Source: an uncultured Hyphomicrobiales bacterium
GTDB lineage: Bacteria > Bacteroidota > Ignavibacteria > Kapaibacteriales > UBA2268
Direction: 5' to 3'
Length of the DNA: 64,000 nucleotides
Assembly: GCA_964637845.1 (NCBI GenBank)
Contig: CAZWXI010000005.1
Location: 494 to 64,493 of the forward strand
Part shown: one piece after another, positions 1 through 9,054 of the stretch
Layout: the number at the start of each line of letters is the position of its first letter
How positions within the stretch are numbered: position 1 is the first letter of the stretch
Notes under the pieces: model-generated
Databases searched by the model: none
Told to the model about the DNA's origin: nothing
The model's input: only the letters and a program-made list of their open reading frames with translations
Program-made: the position numbers and the translations under genes

Positions 1-2171
1 CTTGAACCGGGTCCACGAATTTCGGTAATTTCAAATTTTTTCCCTGCAGCAAAGAACAATGAAGCATCATTGATAATGACACCCGCGGAATTTTCGGGAT
101 AAAATGCAAGTTCGATGATTTTGCTTTCACCTAAAAGAACTGAACCAAAGTTGATTTCTGTACCTTGAATGGATGATTTTACTGTCGGTTTATCGGAGAC
201 AGAGAATTCGTGGACAACGAAATCCCCGAAATCAACTGGAAAAGTCTTGATAGTAAAAGCACCTTTGGTAAAGCGTAATGAGCCGTTATTCAATCCTAAT
301 TGGCGATTATAGAACCAAAAACCCAAACCATACCCCGCAGGATTTCGAATAATAAAGCGGTAGTTCCCATTCTCAAGATTTACTGTGTCGGTATATTTCG
401 TATTGTGCTGAGTAGTGGCTCGCTCATAAACAATGTTAAATTTATTGTCATACAAAGTCCAATTGTAAGGTGAATTTATACCAAGCACATTGGAATTATT
501 GGTAGTAAGTTCGATAACGAAATTTTTGTAGTAATTATTTATATTCCTATCAAAATAAGTTCTGCCAATATTGTTTGCGGAATAATCGTCGGGAGTTCCG
601 TTTACTTCGAGAATTTCTACTACAAAAAGATTCGGCGACGCATCGTCATACCACGAGTTGTTAGGCAAATGTAGTGTGGCTGTGTTGTCGAATGGTAACT
701 CCTCATCAAATTCATGAACATATTCTGAGAGTTTTTCTGGATTATTACCATATCTTAACTTTAGCGATTTAATGGAATTTTTTCCTGTATTGCGAATTTG
801 AATAATGGGATTTGTGATAATCGGATTGAATCGTAAGTGCATTTGTGCGCGTGTGGGTGCAATTATATCATCAATTCGTGCATCAAGCATGAAGTTATGA
901 ACTCCGTAAGTTATCAAATAAGTAGATATCACCCATACAGGAGTGTGATTACTGCCTTGTGTCCATGGTGTGTTATAATATTCCATGTCGTAATCAATTG
1001 AGAAAGTGGAACCGGATTTGATATATGGTGTAATTTCATATTCATGTGGTACGACTTCGGCTCCTGGGCACCAGTTGGTTCTGTCTATAAGCCATGTTCC
1101 GCCTTGTGGATAAAGTGGAATTATTCCGCAATCCCGCCAAATCCATTGTGAATGCGTTTGTTTACCATCAACTTTGACATATGCTTCTTTTCTGCAAAAT
1201 TCGGCGCAATTATCACTATTTCCGCCAAAACCATGACCTGTTTGAATGACAACTAGTTTAGCGGCTTTTTCGGTATCAGAAAAAGTGTAGTTAAAGGCGG
1301 GGACTTTGCTCTCGAAATCTTTATCATATACCACATTGATGTAGCGAAGAATTTCTTCTTTGTTGATTATATTTCTTGGCGGGGTCCCCTTGATAAAACT
1401 GAAAGTAAGTTGCAAATCCTCCTGGTCGTTTTGGTCATACGGGTCGGTCCATCCCCCATTCGGAGATGACAGGTGAACTCTACCAGTAATTAAATCCTTG
1501 AAGTCTGTTACGTCAAGCGTCCATGTAAAGCCTTGTCCAAGGTTAAGCCCATTTCCATAAGGTGTAATGAAACGCATCAATTCTACTCGCTCGCGGATAG
1601 TGACATTATCGTTGAACAAAACTTGCTTTTTACTAAGGTAGATTGTCGAATCCGGCTCAACCAAAGCAGAATCTATGGCTTTTCCAGTATCGTCGTAAGT
1701 ATAGTTGTCATAATATTGATGCCATATAATCAACGAATCAATAGGTTTAGTGGGAGTGTCAGAATTAATGTCAAAAAAGTAGAGCATTGTAGGCGATTTT
1801 GGTACTTTTGTAGTTTTCCATTCACCGTCAACAAATGTCCGTGAGAAAGACCAAGCAGTATCCTTCATGAAGCTGAATTGTTCGGGAGATTGACCATCCA
1901 CTTGATAAGAGGGTATAAAAAATCTGCTCACGAAAACGTTAGAGATATAATCCCATTCGCCACATTGCTTTCCCGGAGGACATCTTAGAGTAAAGTGCAA
2001 CAGAATTCGCTGGAAGTTTTCTTCGTAATTTGGAAAATCATACCATCCCTCGCGTCTGTCTTGGAATTCGATTGTTCTTACATGGATTGTATCGCCATCG
2101 GAAGCATTTAGCTCAACGCTGATCAATAATGCTATAAATAAAGAAGCGAGAAGTAAGTTTAAAGTTCTCAT
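1..2171 (-). CDS. Secreted PNGase F-related protein (peptide-N-glycosidase F C-terminal-like domain); N-terminal part only, ORF runs off the left window edge
   Basis: Absent from the ORF track because it is open-ended. The complement of 2169-2171 is ATG, and my hand translation of that minus frame met no stop down to the window edge. It begins MRTLNLLLASLFIALLISVELNASDG (signal peptide). It contains VIQTGHGFGGNSDNCAEFC ... WIWRDCG ... RTNWCPGAEV, a block I recall from PNGase F-related proteins of Bacteroidota. Product call is from memory only. Confidence 0.5.
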   Translation of the reverse strand, partial: MRTLNLLLASLFIALLISVELNASDGDTIHVRTIEFQDRREGWYDFPNYEENFQRILLHFTLRCPPGKQCGEWDYISNVFVSRFFIPSYQVDGQSPEQFSFMKDTAWSFSRTFVDGEWKTTKVPKSPTMLYFFDINSDTPTKPIDSLIIWHQYYDNYTYDDTGKAIDSALVEPDSTIYLSKKQVLFNDNVTIRERVELMRFITPYGNGLNLGQGFTWTLDVTDFKDLITGRVHLSSPNGGWTDPYDQNDQEDLQLTFSFIKGTPPRNIINKEEILRYINVVYDKDFESKVPAFNYTFSDTEKAAKLVVIQTGHGFGGNSDNCAEFCRKEAYVKVDGKQTHSQWIWRDCGIIPLYPQGGTWLIDRTNWCPGAEVVPHEYEITPYIKSGSTFSIDYDMEYYNTPWTQGSNHTPVWVISTYLITYGVHNFMLDARIDDIIAPTRAQMHLRFNPIITNPIIQIRNTGKNSIKSLKLRYGNNPEKLSEYVHEFDEELPFDNTATLHLPNNSWYDDASPNLFVVEILEVNGTPDDYSANNIGRTYFDRNINNYYKNFVIELTTNNSNVLGINSPYNWTLYDNKFNIVYERATTQHNTKYTDTVNLENGNYRFIIRNPAGYGLGFWFYNRQLGLNNGSLRFTKGAFTIKTFPVDFGDFVVHEFSVSDKPTVKSSIQGTEINFGSVLLGESKIIELAFYPENSAGVIINDASLFFAAGKKFEITEIRGPGS

Positions 2172-2366
2172 AATATATAAATTTGCAATATATAAAAATA
2201 CAAAGTTAATCATTTTCACACAATATTCAAAATCATTTTTAAGAGAACTACATTGCAGAGGTGAATAAAATTCAGGAGTAATACTAAGGGGTATAATCAG
2301 AATACATTATTATTGCGATTTATGCGTTATGGAACAAGTTTGTTAAAAAATTTTAGACAATTCATT

Positions 2367-2918
2367 ATGCTTAAAAAAGAAGACGTAATACTATTCAGCG
2401 GTGGTGCCGCGGGCGCTGAAGCCGAATTTGGCAGGTTAGCCGAAAAATACATGATTGATGAAGTCAATTTTTCATTTGAAGGTCATGAAGTAGCCCGAAC
2501 AAGGGGCATGAGGATACTGAATCACGAAGAACTGATCCAAGGCGATATCAGCTTAAACTATGCATCAAAACTTATGAATAGAAAATATCCTGAGACGCAG
2601 CTATTTAGAAAAATTTTACAAACAATCTGGTATCAGATAAATTCGGGTCATGAAATATTTGTAATAGGCAAAATCTTAGCAGATAAAACTGTTAAGGGTG
2701 GTACCGGTTGGGGAGCTGAATTCGCAAAGATTTGCAATAAACCGCTTTTTGTTTTTGACCAAGAACAAAACCGTTGGTTCAGATGGAATGGAGAAAACTG
2801 GATAAACATAAATGAACCTGTAATTTCGAAGACCCACTTTACAGGCACAGGTACAAGAATTCTCAGAGAAAATGGTAAAAAGGCCATTGAGGATTTATTT
2901 GCGAGTTCGTTTGAATGA
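2367..2918 (+). CDS. Hypothetical protein, possible SLOG/DprA-like Rossmann-fold protein
   Basis: ORF 2313..2918. ATG at 2367 (MLKKEDVILFSGGAAGAEAEFG) puts a beta-strand plus Gly-rich loop at the N-terminus. A second Gly motif, KGGTGWGAEFAKICNKPLFVFD, resembles the DprA/LOG/YpsA (SLOG) layout. Family assignment is tentative. Confidence 0.3.
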   Translation: MLKKEDVILFSGGAAGAEAEFGRLAEKYMIDEVNFSFEGHEVARTRGMRILNHEELIQGDISLNYASKLMNRKYPETQLFRKILQTIWYQINSGHEIFVIGKILADKTVKGGTGWGAEFAKICNKPLFVFDQEQNRWFRWNGENWININEPVISKTHFTGTGTRILRENGKKAIEDLFASSFE

Positions 2919-2977
2919 TTGATTTTTTTTGCTTATATTTAAGTAATTTATAATTGATTTTTGTAGATTACTTTTTT

Positions 2978-3328
2978 ATGTTTGCAAAATTTGAACAAAG
3001 GAAGCCGTACAAAAAAATAACGGTAGATGACTTGAGGTTCGTCCTTGAAAACGATGAGCCGCCGATAATTATTGATGTTTGCGAGGAATGGGAATACTAC
3101 CGTCGCCACATAGATGGAGCTATCAATATTCCACTTTCCTCTATGGATGCGGAGGTTGACGAAATACTCGACAGTTATGATACAGAGCAAGATTTTGTTG
3201 TATATTGTTCTTCTGGGATTAGAAGCAAAACAGCGGCTACGATACTTAAGAAGCATGGTTACAAAAATGTTTATTCTTTAATCGGCGGCAGTGCTGCATA
3301 CTTTAGAACGTTGCATGAACAAGCATAA
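2978..3328 (+). CDS. Rhodanese-like domain protein (single-domain sulfurtransferase)
   Basis: ORF 2954..3328 with a likely ATG at 2978. IIIDVCEEWEYYRRHIDGAINIP and the active-site loop VVYCSSGIRS are typical of rhodanese domains. Confidence 0.8.
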   Translation: MFAKFEQRKPYKKITVDDLRFVLENDEPPIIIDVCEEWEYYRRHIDGAINIPLSSMDAEVDEILDSYDTEQDFVVYCSSGIRSKTAATILKKHGYKNVYSLIGGSAAYFRTLHEQA

Positions 3329-5978
3329 ATGGTTACTTGTAGGTTTAGGCAATCCCGGCTCGAAGTATAAAGACACAAGACACAACATTGGCATGACTAT
3401 GGCCGATAGATTTGCTATCAAGCATGGGCTTGAATTTAAGTTTGGACATGATTGTGAATATACTGAGCTTAGATATGCTGGGCAAGAAATTGTGATTTGT
3501 AAGCCAATGACTTATATGAACAACTCCGGTCTTGCTGTTCGAAAAATGCTAAATAAACTCGGAATTAAACCAAGCCATCTAATAGTTTCTGTTGATGAGT
3601 ATAATCTTCCCACGGGAAAACTACATTTGCGATTTTCCGGCAGCGATGGTGGACACAAGGGAATAGCATCTATAATTGAAAATATCGAAACTAATGAATT
3701 TACCCGCCTAAGATTAGGAATAGGAAAAGATTTTGGCCCCGGAGAGATGGCAAACTATGTTTTATCTCATTTTTACGAAAACGAAAAGGCGGCGGTTCAA
3801 AAAATGATATTGAATGCGATAGACGCTCTGGAAAAAATATTTAAAATCGGTTGTCAAAGAGCAATATCAGAAGTTAATACTGAACAGCAGAGATTATTTA
3901 GGCAAAATAATAAAGAAAACATCTCAAATAAAGATAAACAGTCAATAAAAGCTCCAAAAGCAAAGGAAATACCGTATAAAATTAGTTTACATGGTATCGA
4001 GTTGACCGACAACTATTTTTGGCTCCGTGAGAAGTATAATCCAAAGGTGATTAATTATATTAAAGCCGAGAATCAATATGCGGAATATGTAATGTCGGAT
4101 ACAAAAGAGCTTCAAGAAACCATTTACAATGAAATTATCTCGTCAATACAAGAGACAGACTCTACTGTACCTGTTAAAAAAGGAAATTATTTTTACTACT
4201 CAAGAACGGTTAAAGACTTACAATATCCCATTTATTGTCGTAAACACGAAAGTTCATCTTCTCATGAAGAAATTTTGCTTGACTTAAATCAATTAGCTGA
4301 AGGCAAGAAATATATTGAACTAGGGGGAATATCAACAAGTCCTGACAATAAATTACTTGTATATGCTTTAGATGAATTAGGTAATGAACAATACACAACT
4401 TATATAATCAATATTCATACTCGGGAGATACTAGCGAAGATTGATAACACTTCCTGTGACATGATTTGGACGAATGACAGCAAGTATCTTTTATATAGCA
4501 TACTTAATGACATTCGACAAGCTGATAAAGTCCTTTTACATGAAATCAGCAAAAATTCCGATGATAAATTGATATATCAAGAGTTTGATTATTCATATTT
4601 CTTGTCCCTTGGCAAAACAAGAGATGAATCAACAATTACAATCACTCTGCAGAGTAAGGATGAATCCGAAGTATGGACACTGGATGCTAATACTACAGAC
4701 TTTGTACCAAAATTAATTAGAGCAAGAGAAAATAAGATACAATATTATATTGAGTCCTTTAAAGATAAATATTTAATTATCACTAACGATAACGCCCTCA
4801 ATTTCAAAATTGTTAGTACTGATAAAACTGATTTCGATAAATCAAACTGGATAGACTTAATACCTTATGATGATAAAATAAAAATTGAAAGCATTTATCC
4901 CTATGAGAATTATTTAGTAATACTTGAACGTGCAGACGGGTTAAATAAAATTAGAATTATCGACATTAATTCTAATGATGAGCGATATATTGATTTTCCT
5001 GACGAATCATATAGTTGCGACATTGTCAAAACTTTCGATTTCAATTCCAATATATTGAGATTTTCATACACTACTCTAAATACCCCATATTCCATATTTG
5101 AGTATAATATGAAATCAAGGGAAATATTTTTATTAAAAGAGAATAAAGTGTTATCCGATTTTAATAAGAAGAATTACATCGTAAAAAGGGAATTTGTACG
5201 TATCTTAGATAATATTCGAGTGCCGATTACTATTTGTCACAAGCGTGAAATTGACTTAAATGGAAATAATCCAACGTTATTAACTGCTTATGGTGCATAT
5301 GGTTATGCTAACGATCCGATTTTCTCTCATAGCTATCTAAGTTTATTAAATAGAGGTTTTATAATAGCAATCGCACATGTAAGAGGCGGCGGTGAATTCG
5401 GCGAGCAATGGTATTTAAACGGAAAAATGAAGAAAAAGCAAAATACGTTCAGCGATTTTATTGAATGTGCTCGCTTCTTGATTGAGAATAAATATACCTC
5501 TCCCGAAAAGCTTGCCATACGCGGGGGAAGTGCCGGTGGACTATTAATCGGAGCAGCGCTTAATCGAAGTCCCGAATTATTTAAAACTGCTTTGGCTATC
5601 GTCCCATTTGTTGATGTATTAAATACCATGAATGACCCCGCGATACCTCTAACTATTGCAGAATATACCGAATGGGGCAATCCGCAAAACAAAGATGACT
5701 TTGATATTATTTACTCCTATGCGCCATATGAAAATATCCAGAGACAGAATTATCCGAACCTTCTTGTTAGGGCAGGATTAAATGACCCAAGGGTTCATTA
5801 TTGGGAACCCGTCAAATGGGTTGTAAAATTACGTAAATACAAAAATGACAATAATTTACTGATACTTGTCACAGAAATGGAATCGGGACATTCCGGCTCA
5901 TCCGGCAGATATTCCAAATATAAAGAAATTGCTTTCGACTATGCATTTATTCTTAAAACATTCGAAATGTTGAAATAG
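3315..5978 (+). CDS. pth/ptrB: Peptidyl-tRNA hydrolase fused in frame to oligopeptidase B (protease II, S9A)
   Basis: ORF 3291..5978 with a likely ATG at 3315, overlapping the rhodanese stop. Pth motifs: LLVGLGNPGSKYKDTRHNIGM, VDEYNLP, GGHKGIASI, RLRLGIG. A Lys/Asn/Gln-rich linker spans about nt 3885-3956. A complete PtrB follows: IPYKISLHGIELTDNYFWLREK, RGGGEFGEQWY, catalytic GGSAGGLL, LNDPRVHYWEP, ESGHSGSSGR. Confidence 0.85.
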   Translation: MNKHKWLLVGLGNPGSKYKDTRHNIGMTMADRFAIKHGLEFKFGHDCEYTELRYAGQEIVICKPMTYMNNSGLAVRKMLNKLGIKPSHLIVSVDEYNLPTGKLHLRFSGSDGGHKGIASIIENIETNEFTRLRLGIGKDFGPGEMANYVLSHFYENEKAAVQKMILNAIDALEKIFKIGCQRAISEVNTEQQRLFRQNNKENISNKDKQSIKAPKAKEIPYKISLHGIELTDNYFWLREKYNPKVINYIKAENQYAEYVMSDTKELQETIYNEIISSIQETDSTVPVKKGNYFYYSRTVKDLQYPIYCRKHESSSSHEEILLDLNQLAEGKKYIELGGISTSPDNKLLVYALDELGNEQYTTYIINIHTREILAKIDNTSCDMIWTNDSKYLLYSILNDIRQADKVLLHEISKNSDDKLIYQEFDYSYFLSLGKTRDESTITITLQSKDESEVWTLDANTTDFVPKLIRARENKIQYYIESFKDKYLIITNDNALNFKIVSTDKTDFDKSNWIDLIPYDDKIKIESIYPYENYLVILERADGLNKIRIIDINSNDERYIDFPDESYSCDIVKTFDFNSNILRFSYTTLNTPYSIFEYNMKSREIFLLKENKVLSDFNKKNYIVKREFVRILDNIRVPITICHKREIDLNGNNPTLLTAYGAYGYANDPIFSHSYLSLLNRGFIIAIAHVRGGGEFGEQWYLNGKMKKKQNTFSDFIECARFLIENKYTSPEKLAIRGGSAGGLLIGAALNRSPELFKTALAIVPFVDVLNTMNDPAIPLTIAEYTEWGNPQNKDDFDIIYSYAPYENIQRQNYPNLLVRAGLNDPRVHYWEPVKWVVKLRKYKNDNNLLILVTEMESGHSGSSGRYSKYKEIAFDYAFILKTFEMLK

Positions 5979-6342
5979 ATTATTGTTAATTTACATATTT
6001 AATATAACAATAGTTAGAATATTGATTTAAGTAATATTTGTGTCGCCTCTATGCAATTCATGTACAGTATATAACCCTGGCAAAGAGCAAGTCTTGCCTG
6101 ATCTATCCCAACCAAAAGATTACAATCCAATGTTTGTGCAGGAGATAACAGATGTTTATTCGTGGGACATTCAGTCACCTAACTTGTATTATCCCAAATA
6201 GACGCAAGCCGCCCGATAGTGTGAAATTATATCGCATTTCATTGATAGAAATAGTATATATTTATCTAATTCAGCAAAATCTGATTGGCTCTCAGGTAAT
6301 GGTACGAACTTATATTAGAACTTTCAACTAAAATTTAAAAAC

Positions 6343-6365
6343 CCTTTAATGCCGCGCATTAATGG
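6343..6365. terminator. Candidate bidirectional intrinsic terminator hairpin downstream of the barrel gene
   Basis: CCTTTAATGC-cgc-GCATTAATGG forms a 10-bp stem with one mismatch and a 3-nt loop. It is followed by TTTT on the + strand and GTTTTTAAATTT on the - strand. It lies 43 nt past the stop of the minus-strand gene 6408..7856. Confidence 0.35.
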
Positions 6366-6407
6366 ATTTTAAATAATTATTTCAACTATTTTAGAGAGTT
6401 GCAAGTT

Positions 6408-7856
6408 TTAAAATCTGTAAGCAATTCCAAACATTAAATTTAACGGACTTTTATTCAAGATATATCTTGCGTGTTGCTGCATTTCATAAGGAGCACGGTA
6501 AGTAGTTCTTAGCTCAGCATAATCAACCCATCTCATCACACCGTCAACTCTGACATTATTACTTATAAACACGCTTCCTCCAATCGAAAAATTATCAATT
6601 CCCGCATTTGGAATATCTTGATGGTAAGGCGAAGTTGTTTTGGAATAACTCAACCTGACGACTCCGGGGAAAATCGGCAAATGATACTCAGTTCCAAAAC
6701 CCCATGTAGTTTGTCCGACTAACTCCATGATAATTTTGTCATTTAACATCAATACTTCGGGTATTGCGTCGCTAAATTCCATCTGAGTAACGTCAGAATA
6801 CTCAACACCGGCTGAGAAAGTCAGCCCAAGCGTATGCAGTGAAACACCCGCGGCATATATGAACGGTGTTCGTAAATTAAAGGAGTTTTTGCCGTCATAC
6901 TTATAAAATCTTTCAGGATGATTTTTATATTTAGCGGTATAAGTGGCTGAGAAATTTTCATCAAATTGATACCAAGTCGGGAATTTAACTGTTGCACCAA
7001 ACCTAAGAAAATTCTCGAGTTTTGCCATCAGATTTACTGAGCCGCTTATCCCCGATACTTGTTGCTCCAATCGCTCAATTGTTTGCAAGTTATTGAAAAC
7101 GTAACCCCCAACATTGACATTTGTGTAAATGTTTGACGGGTCGCTTTCATTATATGTTCGGTTATAGGAATAATTACCCCACTTGCCTGTTAAGCTAAAC
7201 CCCAGAGCTACATACTCGTTGACATCATATGCTAAACCTGCTGTAACATTATGCAATCCCCCTTTTTCTACGATATTTCCGGACTGCGTCAAGCTATCCC
7301 TGTATGGAGATAAAAATGATGTTTGATTTCCTTGCTGAAATTCATCGGCAAGGTAAAGCTGATATGCCCAGTTATCATTTGGATTACGCGGACCAAAATC
7401 AGCTTCAGATGCAATCATTGTATATTTATCATTGAAGCCCGAAAATCTGTAAACATTGGCAAAGTCATCTTCTAAAAAGTATCCGATGCCTACTGCTGCA
7501 GGTTTGCGGTCTTTTCCTATATCAAATACAGATACTAAAACCGCATTTGTTATTGCTTCAACATTGGTTTTCAATATATTGTTAAATGATAAATATTCTG
7601 TCTCACTATTGTTGCGAGTAAATCCGATGCCGAGGGAAAGTTCCGACTTCGGTATCAACGATAAACCTGCTACGTTGTAAAGCAGTGCCGATGCATCATC
7701 AGAGACACCGTAAAACGACACATTTAGTCCAGCCGCTCTGGGTGAAACTACCATATTATTTTTAGCATAACGCAGCGCATCTTCGACATACTGAGCATAT
7801 ATACTTGCAAACGTTGACGCTAAAATAAGTAATATCAAAATTATTAATCTTCGCAT
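6408..7856 (-). CDS. Outer-membrane beta-barrel protein, FadL/PorV-like
   Basis: Signal peptide MRRLIILILLILASTFASIYAQ. N-terminal SPRAAGLNVSFYGVSDDASALLYNVAGLS matches the FadL/PorV-type (aGmGgA...D.sa...NPAgl) pattern. Alternating beta-strand pattern throughout, with C-terminal ...MFGIAYRF ending in an aromatic residue. Confidence 0.6.
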   Translation of the reverse strand: MRRLIILILLILASTFASIYAQYVEDALRYAKNNMVVSPRAAGLNVSFYGVSDDASALLYNVAGLSLIPKSELSLGIGFTRNNSETEYLSFNNILKTNVEAITNAVLVSVFDIGKDRKPAAVGIGYFLEDDFANVYRFSGFNDKYTMIASEADFGPRNPNDNWAYQLYLADEFQQGNQTSFLSPYRDSLTQSGNIVEKGGLHNVTAGLAYDVNEYVALGFSLTGKWGNYSYNRTYNESDPSNIYTNVNVGGYVFNNLQTIERLEQQVSGISGSVNLMAKLENFLRFGATVKFPTWYQFDENFSATYTAKYKNHPERFYKYDGKNSFNLRTPFIYAAGVSLHTLGLTFSAGVEYSDVTQMEFSDAIPEVLMLNDKIIMELVGQTTWGFGTEYHLPIFPGVVRLSYSKTTSPYHQDIPNAGIDNFSIGGSVFISNNVRVDGVMRWVDYAELRTTYRAPYEMQQHARYILNKSPLNLMFGIAYRF

Positions 7857-7859
7857 TTG

Positions 7860-8945
7860 TTACCTCGTTCTTTGACCTGAACCACTACCACTACTTGAAC
7901 CGGAGCGTGATGAGCCGCTTGAACCGGAACCACCTGAGCTTGAGTTACCTGAGCTTGAACCTGAACTTGAGCTTCCACTCCTTACAGATCCGGAAGATTG
8001 ATTTGGCGATGACGAACGAGAATCATTCGTATGAGTATCACGCATTATGGGTGCTGACTCAACCGGTCTTGCAGATGAACGAGTCGTTGGCGATTCGGTT
8101 TCTGTTACCGTTCTGGTTCCCCTATTGGTATTACGAGTTGGTTCCGAAGTTGAGGAACGTGAATCGTTTTCGACAATCCTAAAAATGTTCTCGGTTGAAG
8201 TACGAGGCTGTGAATCCGACGTTCTTACGGGTGATGAAGTGACATCAGTTCTATTGTAGCCGCCTTCACTGGTTCTTGTACTCGTACTGCTAACTCTATC
8301 AGGAGTAATATTTCTATCGGGAGAATCAGAAATAACTGTTCCGGATTGCCCCGAAGGACGAGTTGGAGATTGCGAACTGGCATTGCGTTCATCATAAGTA
8401 TAAGTGCCTCTGTTAGCACCAAATGAACGATAGGTATCTCTATGATTAGGTTTGTTTGTTGAATATGCGTAAACGGGCTGGTGATACCAACTTCTATGGT
8501 ACCAAGGTGCCCATGGGTCCCAATATCTGCCATAATATGGATGGTAATCATACCAAGGACTATACCATCCACAACCCCAAAATCCCGACGAGGGATGATA
8601 ATACCATCTGCCGTGATGACGAACGGAAACCCATCCGTAATAGCCCGACCACCAAGGCACTATCACAGGTACAAAAACTGTTCTGTTGTAATTATAATCA
8701 TTACGTCTTAAATCCTCCGAACGTAAAGCTAGATACTGATAACGAGAGTCATCAGTTTGCTTTACCATTGGATTGGTCCACGTTTGAGATGAAGTTTGAA
8801 TTTGGGTATCGCCGGATGGGCGTGACTCGTTAGCTCTTGGTTTATTACTATAACCAAAATATGAACCCGACCCACCGATAGATGAACATGAAGCAGCGAT
8901 TAAAGCTGTCAGAATTACTACCAATATCGTATTATATGTTTTCAT
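7860..8945 (-). CDS. Lipoprotein with Trp/Tyr/His-rich core and Ser/Thr/Arg/Gly low-complexity tail (no recognisable family)
   Basis: Lipobox LIAASC|SS after a signal peptide. Residues ~96-162 are about half W/Y/H (PWWSGYYGWVSVRHHGRWYYHPSSGFWGCGWYSPWYDYHPYYGRYWDPWAPWYHRSWYHQPVYAY). Residues ~163-361 are S/T/R-rich and end in a (G/S)n run. A strong SD lies upstream, and there is a 3-nt gap to the barrel gene. Confidence 0.7.
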   Translation of the reverse strand: MKTYNTILVVILTALIAASCSSIGGSGSYFGYSNKPRANESRPSGDTQIQTSSQTWTNPMVKQTDDSRYQYLALRSEDLRRNDYNYNRTVFVPVIVPWWSGYYGWVSVRHHGRWYYHPSSGFWGCGWYSPWYDYHPYYGRYWDPWAPWYHRSWYHQPVYAYSTNKPNHRDTYRSFGANRGTYTYDERNASSQSPTRPSGQSGTVISDSPDRNITPDRVSSTSTRTSEGGYNRTDVTSSPVRTSDSQPRTSTENIFRIVENDSRSSTSEPTRNTNRGTRTVTETESPTTRSSARPVESAPIMRDTHTNDSRSSSPNQSSGSVRSGSSSSGSSSGNSSSGGSGSSGSSRSGSSSGSGSGQRTR

Positions 8946-8950
8946 TTCAT

Positions 8951-8997
8951 ACCTCCTTAGTAATTAACGCAACAATAGCAAATAAGTTTCAAAAGTA
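8951..8997 (-). promoter_or_regulatory. TACTTTTG (-7-type box) plus AAGGAGGT Shine-Dalgarno upstream of lipoprotein gene
   Basis: The minus strand reads TACTTTTG (complement of 8990-8997) about 45 nt upstream of the ATG. AAGGAGGT (complement of 8951-8958) lies 5 nt before the ATG. Confidence 0.4.
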
Positions 8998-9035
8998 TTT
9001 GTAAAAAATCTTTTTTTTTATAAAGGAAATTATCT

Positions 9036-9043
9036 TATTTTTG
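9036..9043 (+). promoter_or_regulatory. TAnnTTTG box (TATTTTTG) upstream of tRNA-Leu
   Basis: The motif ends 11 nt before tRNA position 1. It matches the Bacteroidota-type -7 promoter consensus TAnnTTTG. Confidence 0.4.
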
Positions 9044-9054
9044 TAGTTCTATTC

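Noticed and set aside
1533-1844. 103-aa + strand ORF at the left end of the window.
   Set aside because: It lies entirely antisense to the long open-ended minus-strand ORF (1..2171), which has a signal peptide and conserved motifs. The 103-aa translation is low-quality and hydrophobic with no motif.
6040-6201. 53-codon GTG-initiated ORF (VSPLCNSCTVYNPGKEQVLPDLSQPKDYNPMFVQEITDVYSWDIQSPNLYYPK) in the 430-bp gap after pth/ptrB.
   Set aside because: It has no signal peptide (an in-frame TAA lies 10 nt upstream), no RBS and no recognisable motif. It could be a gene remnant or chance ORF, and I cannot support it from sequence alone.
7895-8833. Several long ORFs overlapping the lipoprotein gene: 7895..8182+, 8047..8259+, 8456..8833+, 8481..8711+ and 8225..8572-.
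   Set aside because: They are shadow frames created by the extreme Ser/Gly/Arg/Trp/Tyr codon bias of 7860..8945. They have no start context, signal or motif. Only the 361-aa frame has an SD, a lipobox and operon logic.
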